In this document: positions 30,130 to 42,151 of the stretch, one piece after another
How the letters are laid out: every line of letters starts with the position of its first letter
Numbering within the stretch: position 1 is the first letter of the stretch
Assembly (NCBI GenBank): GCA_964016885.1
Contig: CAXHJY010000768.1
Coordinates: 62,001-126,000 of the forward strand
DNA: 64,000 nucleotides
DNA from: Eledone cirrhosa
Taxonomy: Eukaryota
Reading direction: 5' to 3'
The notes under the pieces: generated by a model
Databases searched by the model: none
Seen by the model: only the letters and a program-made list of their open reading frames with translations
Told to the model about the DNA's origin: nothing
Made by a program: the position numbers and the translations under genes

Positions 30130-30600
30130 ATATGGATATTGAGAGAGCTTATACTGTTGTTGGCCATAAAAGGTTTCTCTCTAAAAATGAAAGGCAGATT
30201 GTATGATGCTTGTATACAAACAGCAATGTTACATGGCAGTGAGACATGGGCTTTGTGTGCAGAGGACCTGCGCAGACTGGAAAGGAAGGAAGCATGCATG
30301 CTCCGTTGGATGTGTAATAGTAATATACACAACTGGCAAAGCATAAACAAACTAAGTGAGAAATTAGGAATAAAAGGGATCAGATGCTGTTTACTCGAGA
30401 GAAGACTACGTTGGTATGGTCACATGATGCGCATGAAAGATGACAGCTGTATAAAAAAGTGCAGGGCGATCAAAATTGATGGAAGTTACGGAGTAGGTAG
30501 ACCCAGAAAAACCTGGGACGACTTGATAAAACCCGACCTTGCACACTTGCACTTCTCTAAGACAATGTCACTGGATCAGTAATACAGAAGACCCGCCTTG
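30130..30600 (+). pseudogene. RTE-clade LINE, C-terminal fragment
   Basis: KGRLYDAC..MLHGSETW..MLRWMC..RRLRWYGHMMR..GRPRKTW are typical RTE motifs. Confidence 0.88.
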
Positions 30601-30699
30601 CCTACTTGCAAAGTTAACCTACAGTAACCAAATATAAACCCCAACCCACTATCCCTACTCCATCCTTCCACTTCCACCAACACCACCCTTTGTCTATAA

Positions 30700-31222
30700 A
30701 GTTATGTTGTTGGTACCACAGAAACTAATCCAGTCCAAACTAATGAGGTCGTGTAGGCATCATGAACATACAGCCCACACCGTAAAGTGTTGTGTAGGTA
30801 ACACGGTAAAAAGCTCCCAGTCCACGCTGTAAAGTGTTGTGTATGTAACACGGTAAAAAGCTCCCAGTCCACGCTGTAAAGTGTTGTGTAGGTAACACGG
30901 TAAAAAGCTCCCAGTCCACGCTGTAAAGAGTTGTGTAGGTAACACGGTAAAAAGCTCCCAGTCCACGCTGTAAAGTGTTGTGTAGGTAACACGGTAAAAA
31001 GCTCCCAGTCCACGCTGTAAAGTGTTGTGTATGTAACACGGTAAAAAGCTCCCAGTCCACACTGTAAATGTGGTTGGTGTTAGGAAGGGCATCCAACTGT
31101 AGAAAACCTGCCAGACAGTCCTACACGAGCGAGACACAGTCACCCGACCAATGTTGCCTCAAGTAGGACAATTCCCGTCTAAACCCATGCTAGCGTGGAA
31201 GATAGACGATAAATGATGAAGA
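30700..31222 (+). mobile_element. SINE-B-related 3' segment with six tandem 47-bp units (30780-31066); unexpanded relatives at 38905-39192 and 62925-63220
   Basis: Unit gctgtaaagtgttgtgtaggtaacacggtaaaaagctcccagtccac, followed by aggaagggcatcc and a (GAT) tail. Confidence 0.85.
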
Positions 31223-31262
31223 TTCATATGTTTGTGTGTACATATTTGGGTGCGGTTATAAT

Positions 31263-31299
<37 letters not shown>

Positions 31300-31301
<2 letters not shown>

Positions 31302-31975
31302 TAATTCAAAATATTAACAAAAATAGAACTTCTTGTGATCAAGTATATTTTATTATACATATTTCAGAGGCACTGAGTTAACTTCAACAGTACGTCCTCA
31401 TCAGATAAAATAAGATGATGCATGACGGAACAAACTACCTGCATCAGTTGTTAGCTGTCGAGACACTGCATCCTTTAAGGCCTCCATGCTTCCCGAGATC
31501 CGCCAACACTACAGCTAACACATACAAACATGTACTTCCCTGACATTTGTGTATTATTCTATGTACTATATTGACGAGTTGTAGTGCACCTGAGCACTTT
31601 ACACAATAATTTCATTATTATTATTTTTTATACCCTGACATAGTAGATGGTTAAGATCTAGTCATGGTAGTGACAAAACTGAGTTTTGTCATATCTTACT
31701 CACTACCATGACTGGATCTTAACCATCTACTATGTCAGGGTATGTCATGCATCATCTTATTTTATCTGATGAGGACGTACTGTTAAAGTTAACTCAGTAC
31801 CTCTGAAATATGTATAATAAAATATACTTGATCACAAGAAGTTCTATTTTTGTTAATATTTTGAATTAATATTAATAACTCCGGAAAACCATTACTGTTG
31901 AGTGCTTACAATCTATTGTAAAACTCATTCTTTGATTTATTCATTGAACCTTGTTTAACCTTTAAATATATATAT
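31300..31975. ncRNA. Fold-back pair of H2 hammerheads (31346-31412 -, 31758-31824 +) enclosing a second hairpin (31630-31743)
   Basis: tattttat-CTGATGA-..gtactg..cagtac..-GAAA-tatgta-TA-ataaaata; truncated relatives at 1217-1388 and 8752-8939. Confidence 0.82.
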
Positions 31976-32339
31976 ATATATATTTGTGTATATGAGTATG
32001 GAGAGATATGCATGTGTGTATATATAGATTTTACGTTATTTTTTAGTACATGCGTGAGTGTGCGCCTGCGTGTACGCATATGTGAGCAAAAGACCACACG
32101 CTTTATGTGTGTGTTCATATTTCCATGTAGACACAAATACACTTATGTGAAAAAGTATACGTCTACATACTATTACGTATAAGCGCGTGGTTGAGTGTGT
32201 GCATGTTTATGTTCTGGATATTTATTTATATATTTTTGCCCCTCAATCTTTTTTGCCCATTATTTGATTTCAGCCTCACTTTCATATTTCCTAAATTTTG
32301 TTTTCAAATCCATATTTAATAAAAACACCATGTTATTTA

Positions 32340-32400
32340 TTCATTCTGATGACTGAAGACAGATATAACATCTGCCTTCAAGAAACCACTGGTAAATGAA
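32340..32400 (+). ncRNA. Type I hammerhead (family H5); partial relatives about 8960-9060, 18830-18990, 32870-33050
   Basis: ttcatt-CTGATGA-c tgaagacagat ataac atctgccttca a-GAAA-cc act gg-TA-aatgaa. Confidence 0.8.
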
Positions 32401-32416
32401 ATAATTATCTTATGTT

Positions 32417-32819
32417 TCTGAATTTGTTTAGCAAGATTCTTTATCTGAAATCGTGTGTTGAAACCGATATTGTTATACTTTGGGAGGGTCATGTTGCCAA
32501 TAAGAAACACACGCACCAGTTGCTTTCACTTCAATTTATTATATATTTATAAATTTATAAATTTACAAATCTACAAACTTATAAATTTCTGGTTGGAATC
32601 CCCAGTCACTGAAGAGGTCACAGAGTGTGTGACGAAAGGACTATGACTATATATAAACAACTATCTGGTTGTGGAACCAACCAACCAACCAGAAATTTAT
32701 AAGTTTGTAGATTTGTAAATTTATAAATTTATAAATTTATAAATATATAATAAATTGAAGTGAAAGCAACTGGTGCGTGTGTTTCTTATTGGCAACATGA
32801 CCCTCCCAAAGTATAACAA
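32417..32819 (+). mobile_element. Fold-back insertion (arms about 32467-32596 / 32685-32823) with a hammerhead (H6, 32604-32648) in its loop and an 11-bp TSD
   Basis: TATCTTATGTT at 32406-32416 and 32820-32830; agtca-CTGAAGA-g gtcaca gagtg tgtgac-GAAA-ggac-TA-tgact. Confidence 0.8.
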
Positions 32820-33134
32820 TATCTTATGTTGTTTATTACATAACTAAATATATATATATATATATAAAGTAAAAGTCCAGGAAAAAAGAGTGCTCTATGT
32901 AGGTAACAGAGCTTAATAGTTATGTAATAAACAACATAAGGCAATTATTCCATTTACCAGTGGTTTCTTAAAAGCAAAATATTTTGCTTTCAATCAACAG
33001 AATGAAAAAAATCCTGGTCTGTTTATTGAATTTGGATTTTAAAAACAAAAAAACCTATATATATATATATATATATCTGGTGTGTTACCTTCTCAACATA
33101 TTGTATATATATGTATATATAAAAAAAGTCTAAA

Positions 33135-33407
33135 GTCTGTCTTAAGCCAGAAGGCTCATTTGGCCGGTACATATCCCGTTTTCATGGCGTGAAGCCACTG
33201 AGAGTACAAGACTCCCCCCTAGACAGGACCCTAGTCCATCGCAGGGTTAAACCCCCAGCTATTGCTGGTACTCATTTCTACAGCTGAGTATACTGGAGCA
33301 ACGTGAAATGAAGTGTCTTGCTCAAGAACACAACACACAACCCAGGAATCGAACCCACGACATTATGATCGTAAGTCCAACACTCTTACCACTTGACCAC
33401 GTGTCTC
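33135..33407 (-). mobile_element. tRNA-derived SINE sharing the SINE-B head/core with a different tail; another head at about 33892-34012(+)
   Basis: Minus-strand B-box GTTCGATTCC and CTTGAGCAAGACACTT core. Confidence 0.75.
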
Positions 33408-33585
33408 CATATCCATATATATATATATATATAATATATTTAGAAACACACAGATACATGCGGACACACACAGATACATGCGGACACACACATATACATG
33501 AATGCATCCACACCCATCCGTGAGTTAAGGGTGCCAACCTCACCGATGTTGCTCAATGCGTTCTTGAGACTAGTAAAATGAGGTA

Positions 33586-33675
33586 TCCTCTTGATAAGTC
33601 GGCAGACCTCGCAGGGACTCTATATCTTTATGATGTATTGTTTTTGTTTATGCCACGAAACTACGTAGTCGAGGA
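33586..33675 (+). ncRNA. Degenerate hammerhead (core TTGATAA)
   Basis: tcctc-TTGATAA-..ggca..tgcc..-GAAA-ctacgtag-TC-gagga; stems I and III intact, two core transitions. Confidence 0.5.
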
Positions 33676-33741
33676 ATCTAGGAGCAGTTTGGGTATGATA
33701 CATTTTATTACTAATTATATCTAAATGTTCCTTCTCTCTTC

Positions 33742-33895
<154 letters not shown>

Positions 33896-34131
33896 AGGCG
33901 TGTGGCTGAGTGGTTAGAGAATTGGATTCGCAATCGTAAGGTTGTGAGTTCGATTCCTGGACCAGGCGATGCGTTATGTCCTTGAGCAAGACACTTTATT
34001 TCACATTGCTCCTTCTACCTGGAGTTGCGACCGATAGATAGTATTAGCAATTGGAAAGACCAACGGAAACATTGTTCCCTCGGTCCGATTTGACGAAAGT
34101 CGATCGTTCCTTTTTATATATATATATATAT

Positions 34132-34332
34132 GTTATTCCAGGTTGAATCGGAGGTAACCACAGTAAGTAAGGTACTCAATACATAGCAGAGAATAAAAGT
34201 TTTAATATAGAAGAGCTTCTACAGGACTAGAACTGTTTCATTCTTTAGAAATCATCAGAAATCCGAGATTCCTGATGATTTCTAAAGAATGAAACAGTTC
34301 TAGTCCTGTAGAATCTCATCTATATTAAAACT
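34132..34332. ncRNA. Second H3 fold-back: - copy 34217-34261, + copy 34265-34317 (best-formed hammerhead in the window)
   Basis: gagattc-CTGATGA-tttctaaagaat-GAAA-cagttctagtcctg-TA-gaatctc; 7-bp stem I, 4-bp stem III, GUA site. Confidence 0.88.
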
Positions 34333-34410
34333 ATATATATATATGTCATTGTGTGTGTCTCTGTGTCAGTGTGTGTGTGTGTGTCATTGTGTGTGTCTGT
34401 GTGTGTGTGT

Positions 34411-34451
<41 letters not shown>

Positions 34452-34462
34452 AGTGTGTGTCT

Positions 34463-34513
<51 letters not shown>

Positions 34514-34695
34514 AGTGTGTGTGTGTGTGTGTCTGTGTCAGTGTGTGTGTGTGTGTCAGTGTGTGTGTGTGTGTGTGTCAGTGTGTGTGTAAGTAACCAG
34601 GCAACAGAGACAGTAGGAAGCAGGTGTTGTCATGTCACTTATTGGGGACATCTTTAACTTTCAAACAAATCTCTCTGGTCGTTTCTTTATTGCAT

Positions 34696-36470
34696 AGTGG
34701 TGATGGTGGTGGTGTAGTGGTGGTGGTGGTGGTGGTGGTGGTGGTGGTGGTGGTGGTGTAGTGGTGGTGGTGGTGGTGGTGTAGTGGTGGTGTTGGTGGT
34801 GGTGGTGTTGGTGGTGTAGTGGTGGTGTAGTGGTGGTGGTGGTGGTGGTGTTGGTGGTGGTGGTGTTGGTGGTGGTGGTGGTGTAGTGGTGGTGGTGGTG
34901 GTGTAGTGGTGGTGGTGGTGGTGGTATAGTGGTGGTGATGGTGGTGGTGGTGGTGGTGTAGTGGTGGTGTAGTGGTGGTGGTGGTGGTGGTGTAGTGGTG
35001 TTGGTGGTGGTGGTGATGGTGGTGTGGTGGTGGTGTTGGTGTTGTTGTTGGTGGTGGTGGTGGTGGTGTTGGTGGTGTTGGTGGTGGTGGTGGTGTAGTG
35101 GTGGTGTAGTGGTGGTGGTTGTGGTGTTGGTGGTGATGGTGGTGGTGTAGTGGTGGTGGTGGTGTAGTGGTGGTGGTGGTGTTGGTGGTGGTTGTGTTGT
35201 TGGTGGTGGGGGTGGTTGTGTTGGTGGTGGTGGTGGTGGTGGTGTGTTGATGTTGATGTTGTGGTGGTGTAGTGGTGGTGGTGGTGGTTGTGTTGGTGGT
35301 GTTGATGTTGTGGTGGTGGTGTTGGTGGTGTTGATGTTGTGGTGGTGGTGTAGTGGTGGTGGTGTAGTGGTGGTGGTGTAGTGGTGGTGGTGGTGTAGTG
35401 GTGGTGTTGATGTTGTGGTGGTGGTGTAGTGGTGGTGGTGTAGTGGTGGTGGTGTAGTGGTGGTGTTGATGTTGTGGTGGTGTAGTGGTGGTGGTGGTGG
35501 TGGTGTTGGTGTTGATGTTGTGGTGGTGGTGGTGGTGGTGGTGGTGGTGTTGATGTTGTGGTGGTGTAGTGGTGGTGGTGGTGGTGGTGGTGGTGTTGGT
35601 GTTGATGTTGTGGTGGTGGTGGTGGTGTTGGTGTTGATGTTGTGGTGGTGGTGGTGGTGGTGGTGGTGGTGGTGTAGTGGTGGTGGTGGTGTAGTGGTGG
35701 TGGTGGTGTAGTGGTGGTGGTGGTGTAGTGGTGGTGTAGTGGTGGTGGTTGTGGTGTTGGTGGTGTTGATGCTGTGGTGGTGGTGTAGTGGTGGTGGTGG
35801 TGTTGGTGGTGGTGTAGTGGTGGTGGTGGTGGTGGTGTTGGTGGTGGTTGTGTTGTTGGTGGTGGGGGTGGTTGTGTTGGTGGTGGTGGTGGTGGTGTGT
35901 TGATGTTGATGTTGTGGTGGTGTAGTGGTGGTGGTGGTGATTGTGTTGGTGGTGTTGATGTTGTGGTGGTGTAGTGGTGGTGGTTGTGTTGGTGGTGTTG
36001 ATGTTGTGGTGGTGGTGTAGTGGTGGTGGTGTAGTGGTGGTGGTGTAGTGGTGGTGGTGGTGGTGGTGTAGTGGTGGTGTTGATGTTGTGGTGGTGGTGT
36101 AGTGGTGGTGGTGTAGTGGTGGTGGTGTAGTGGTGGTGGTGTAGTGGTGGTGTTGATGTTGTGGTGGTGTAGTGGTGGTGGTGGTGGTGGTGTTGGTGTT
36201 GATGTTGATGTTGTGGTGGTGGTGGTGGTGGTGGTGTAGTGGTGGTGTTGATGTTGTGGTGGTGTAGTGGTGGTGGTGGTGTTGGTGTTGATGTTGATGT
36301 TGTGGTGGTGGTGGTGGTGGTGGTGGTGTTGATGTTGTGGTGGTGTAGTGGTGGTGGTGGTGGTGTTGGTGTTGATGTTGTGGTGGTGGTGGTGGTGGTG
36401 GTGGTATAGTGGTGGTGGTGTTGATGTGGTGGTGGTGGTATAGTGGTGGTGGTATAGTGGTGTTGGTGGT
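34696..36470. repeat. (GGT)n-based microsatellite; similar tract at 41510-41955
   Basis: Directly visible; source of the 626-aa H/T/P ORF. Confidence 0.95.
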
Positions 36471-36587
36471 CGACTGCAAGCCCAATGCCCTAACCACTAA
36501 GCCATATGTCTCCATTCAAGACATGTACCTCCATTATATATATATGAAATGAAATGATGATGATGATATATATATGTGTGTGTGTAA

Positions 36588-38680
36588 AGGCACATGGCTT
36601 AGTGGTTAGAGCATTGGGCTTGCAATCGAAAGGTTGTGACTTTCAATCTCGGACCAGGTGATGTGTTGTTTCCTTGAGCAAGACACTTTATTTCACGTTG
36701 CTCCAGTTTACTCAGCTGTAGAAATGAGATGATAGGGACTGGGGTCCCTATCATTCCACTGCAAAGTGGTCGTGGAGGTGCCACGGCAAAAAAGCACCCA
36801 GCCCACACAGTAGAGTGGTCATGGAGGTGCCACAGCAAAAAAGCACCCAGCCCACACTGTAAAGTGGTCGTGGAGGTGCCACAGCAAAAAAGCACCCAGC
36901 CCACACAGTAAAGTGGTCGTGGAGGTGCCACAGCAAAAAAGCACCCAGCCCACACTGTAAAGAGGTCGTGGAAGTGCCACAGCAAAAAAGCACCCAGCCC
37001 ACACAGTAAAGTGGTCGTGGAGGTGCCACAGCAAAAAAGCACCCAGCCCACACTGTAAAGAGGTCGTGGAAGTGCCACAGCAAAAAAGCACCCAGCCCAC
37101 ACAGTAAAGTGGTCGTGGAGGTGCCACAGCAAAAAAGCACCCAGCCCACACTGTAAAGTGGTCGTGGAGGTGCCTCAGCAAAAAAGCACCCAGCCCACAC
37201 TGTAAAGTGGTCGTGGAGGTGCCTCAGCAAAAAAGCACCCAGCCCACACTGTAAAGTGGTCGTGGAGGTGCCACAGCAAAAAAGCACCCAGCCCACACTG
37301 TAAAGTGGTCGTGGAGGTGCCACAGCAAAAAAGCACCCAGCCCACACTGTAAAGAGGTCGTGGAAGTGCCACAGCAAAAAAGCACCCAGCCCACACTGTA
37401 AAGAGGTCGTGGAAGTGCCACAGCAAAAAAGCACCCAGCCCACACAGTAAAGTGGTCGTGGAGGTGCCACAGCAAAAAAGCACCCAGCCCACACTGTAAA
37501 GAGGTCGTGGAAGTGCCACAGCAAAAAAGCACCCAGCCCACACAGTAAAGTGGTCGTGGAGGTGCCACAGCAAAAAAGCACCCAGCCCACACTGTAAAGT
37601 GGTCGTGGAGGTGCCTCAGCAAAAAAGCACCCAGCCCACACTGTAAAGTGGTCGTGGAGGTGCCTCAGCAAAAAAGCACCCAGCCCACACTGTAAAGTGG
37701 TCGTGGAGGTGCCACAGCAAAAAAGCACCCAGCCCACACTGTAAAGTGGTCGTGGAGGTGCCACAGCAAAAAAGCACCCAGCCCACACTGTAAAGAGGTC
37801 GTGGAAGTGCCACAGCAAAAAAGCACCCAGCCCACACTGTAAAGTGGTCGTGGAGGTGCCTCAGCAAAAAAGCACCCAGCCCACACTGTAAAGAGGTCGT
37901 GGAGGTGCCACAGCAAAAAAGCACCCAGCCCACACTGTAAAGTGGTCGTGGAGGTGCCTCAGCAAAAAAGCACCCAGCCCACACAGTAAAGTGGTCGTGG
38001 AGGTGCCACAGCAAAAAAGCACCCAGCCCACACAGTAAAGTGGTCGTGGAGGTGCCACAGCAAAAAAGCACCCAGCCCACACTGTAAAGAGGTCGTGGAA
38101 GTGCCACAGCAAAAAAGCACCCAGCCCACACTGTAAAGTGGTCGTGGAGGTGCCTCAGCAAAAAAGCACCCAGCCCACACTGTAAAGAGGTCGTGGAGGT
38201 GCCACAGCAAAAAAGCACCCAGCCCACACTGTAAAGTGGTCGTGGAGGTGCCACAGCAAAAAAGCACCCAGCCCACACTGTAAAGAGGTCGTGGAGGTGC
38301 CACAGCAAAAAAGCACCCAGCCCACACTGTAAAGTGGTCGTGGAGGTGCCTCAGCAAAAAAGCACCCAGCCCACACAGTAAAGTGGATGTGTAGACGCCA
38401 CAGTAAAAAAGCACCCAGCCCACACTGTAAAGTGGTCATGGAGGTGCCACAGCAAAAAGCACCCAGCCCACACTGTAAAGTGGTCATGGAGGTGCCACAG
38501 CAAAAAGCACCCAGCCCACACTTTTAGGAAGGGCATCCAGCTGTAGAAAACCTGCCAGAATCAGTTCGAGTATGAGCAAGACAAGGTCAGCTGACTGGAC
38601 ACTGCCCACAACAGGACAACCCGTCTAACCCATGCTAGCGTGGAAGAACGGATGTAAAAGAGTGATGATGATGATGGTGA
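36588..38680 (+). repeat. SINE-B with an internal 49-bp segment expanded to about 36 copies (36761-38522)
   Basis: Intact tRNA head upstream and aggaagggcatcc..(GAT)n tail downstream; unit gtaaagtggtcgtggaggtgccacagcaaaaaagcacccagcccacact. Confidence 0.93.
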
Positions 38681-39201
38681 TATATTGTATATATATATAT
38701 ATATTATATATTATGTTGTCCACTTTCTAATTAAATAGCTCTGTTCTATACATAGAGCACTCTTTTTTCCTTTGCTTTTTCTTCAGAATTACCTAACACA
38801 CACACACACACGCACATACAGTCAGTAGGCACCTCTTAACCAAACAAACACTCCAACCCACAACCCCTACTTCATCCTCCCACCCCCACCTCTTTCTCTA
38901 TAAAGCTATGTTGGTACCACAACATCCAGTCCTAAACAAATGAGGTTGTGTAGGTGTCACGACAAAAAAACACACAGTCCCCGCTGTAATGTGGCCGTGA
39001 AGGTAACACGGTAAAAACCTCCCAGTCCACACTGTAAACGTGGTTGGTGTTAGGAAGGACATCCAGCTGTAGAAAACGTGCCAGATAGTCCTATATGAGC
39101 GAGACCTGGTCACCTGACCAACCTTGCCTCAAGTGGGACAACTCCCATCTAAACCCATGCTAGCATAGAAGATAGACATTAAACGATGATGATATATACA
39201 C

Positions 39202-39259
<58 letters not shown>

Positions 39260-39353
39260 GTGGAAGAGATATTTAATTTTTCGGGAGTAAAGATAACTTG
39301 AACCATTAAGGTATATTATCCTTGGTCATGTCAAATATTTATATAACATTTTG

Positions 39354-39415
39354 TATTTTATCTGATGATAGCATACCAACATTTTTGGTACCCTTGAAAT
39401 ATATATAATAGAATA
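39354..39415 (+). ncRNA. Type I hammerhead (H1)
   Basis: tattttat-CTGATGA-..tacca..tggta..-GAAA-tatata-TA-atagaata. Confidence 0.72.
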
Positions 39416-39459
39416 AATATGTTTTTTTAAATATAGTTTCCATTTATTTAATATCATTG

Positions 39460-39510
<51 letters not shown>

Positions 39511-39631
39511 TAGAGGTTTACATATACATAAAGTAGACAGAGCCATAGATATATATATGTGTTTTTGGCAACCATACACGGTGTGGCTCAATGACGAATT
39601 AATTAATTAAATAATCAACAATCAGAGCAAT

Positions 39632-40216
39632 ATATAAGAAAGTAAGTCCATAGAATCATTTGATAAAATATATACAGTATTTATTCTCCCAATCAGCATA
39701 ATTAACTACACAAAAAATCAATTAAACGAGGCTATAAGTTTAAAATGTACTTATGAAGAAACAGTAGATAAATAAATGTTTCTACTTTAGGCACAAGGCC
39801 ACCAATTACCCCCAGTGCATTACTGGTACTTTATTTTATCGACCCCCGTAAGGATGAAAAGCAAAGTCAACCTCGGCGGGATTTGAACTCAGATCGTAAA
39901 GGGACGTAACTATGCTGGAAAGCATGGCGTCCGACCCTCTACCGATACTGCCAATCCACCAAAATAAATGATAGCTATTTTATCCGCGATCAACAGCCAC
40001 AGAAAATTTACCTAGTATTTCTAATAGCCCGTAGAAATTGACTAGACATATAGCCAACCATACACAATTAGGTACAAAATCAAAGTTAGAAGAAAAAATG
40101 TCATAAACATACCAAAATTATTTAATTGATTTTTTGTGTGGTTAATTATGCTGATTGGGAGAAGAAATACTGCATATATTTTATCAAATGATTATATGGA
40201 CTTACTTTCTTATATA
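39632..40216. mobile_element. Fold-back element (arms about 39632-39726 / 40121-40216) with SINE-A (39779-39960, -) inserted in the spacer
   Basis: The arms are reverse complements; AAATAAATG is duplicated at 39770-39778 and 39962-39970. Confidence 0.78.
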
Positions 40217-40996
40217 TATGGTGGCTGCCAACTCGTTATCGAGTATGGCCACTACTTTATATCCATGTAGGAGAACCCCTACCGAGGCGCTGAACGAGTG
40301 TAGCTTTTTAGTCCAGCCAGTGACTTGAAAACTCTGGTACAAACACTACACCTGTGACAATTATTGACACATAGTGCTGGGCCCATGGTACCATGTGACG
40401 ACAAGTGCCGAGAGATCTCCAGATATAAAGCAATGCCTGTGCCGTGAAGCTTTTATAGTGAGCAAAGGCACTGCACAAAGCCAGTCCCACTCTCTTAACC
40501 AAGATGATATTTACCAAAAAGAAGAACAAGTCAACATCATTGGATACCATCAGGGTTGCAGGTGTTATATCAGAGTTTTCCTTCACCTAGAATTCTGCCT
40601 TGACAAAGGCTAAGGGGTCATCTCTCCTCTCTCTTATATATATATATTTCATTTCATTTCATTTCATTTCATTTTACGTCCGCTTTTTCCCTGCTTGCAA
40701 GGGTGGGACGGGAACTGATTCTGGCTTGATTTCTACAGCTGGATGCCCTTCCTAACACCAACCTCATTTACAGTGAGTGCTGGGTGCTTTTTTTGCCATG
40801 GCACCTCCACGACCACTTTGCAGTGGAATGATAGAGACCCCAGTCCCTATCATCTCATTTCTACAGCTGAGTAAACTGGAGCAATGTGAAATAAAGTGTC
40901 TTGCTCAAGGAAACAACACACCACCCGGTCTGAGAATTGAACTCACAACCTTTTGATTGCAAGACCAATGCTCTAACCACTAAGCCATGTACCTCC

Positions 40997-41349
<353 letters not shown>

Positions 41350-42151
41350 GGTGTTAAATGTAGGTAAAATAATTCCAATATAACGCACCTGTCAACCACA
41401 GCTTTGGTAGCTCGAATACAGGATGTCTCACTGTAACAGACAGGGGCTAAATGTCAGGTAAGGGATAAGATACCTTAACGAGTAATATTACACTTTATAT
41501 TACAACATGTGTTGGTGTGGTAGTGGTGGTGGTGGTAGTGGTGTGGAGGTGTGGTGTGGTGGTGTGGTGTGGTGGTGGTGGTGTGGTAGTGTGGTGTGGT
41601 GGTGTGGTGTGGTAGTGGTGGTGGTGGTAGTGGTGTGGAGGTGTGGTGTGGTGGTGGTGGTGTGGTAGTGTGGTGTGGTGTGGTGGTGGTGGTGTGGTAG
41701 TGTGGTGTGGTGTGGTGGTGGTGGTGTGGTAGTGTGGTGGTGGTGTGGAGGTGTGGTGTGGTGGTGGTGGTGTGGTAGTGTGGTGTGGTAGTGGTGGTGG
41801 TGGTGTGGTAGTGGTAGTGTGGTGTGGTGGTGTGGTGTGGTAGTGGTGGGGTAGTAGTGGCGGTGTGGTGGTGTGGGTGTGCTGGTGTGGTGTGGTGGTG
41901 GTGGTGTGGTGTGGTAGTAGTGGCGGTGTGGTGGTGTGGTGTGGTGTGGTGGTGTGAAAGGAAGTATATAAATTTCAAAAAAAGGAACATAAATGTTCTT
42001 TTATATGAATAAGGACCAGTTGAATTTTTTTATATTCCCACCAGGGGATACCAGCTATTTTGAGCATTTATACAAGCGCAACTCTGTGTATCCAAAGAGT
42101 GCTCTTTGGATATCACATATCAAGCTGTGCCTGTGCTTGAAGCTTTTTTAA

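Noticed and set aside
34635-36515. 626-aa His/Thr/Pro ORF on the gene strand
   Set aside because: (ACC)n microsatellite starting in a SINE head; no splice support.
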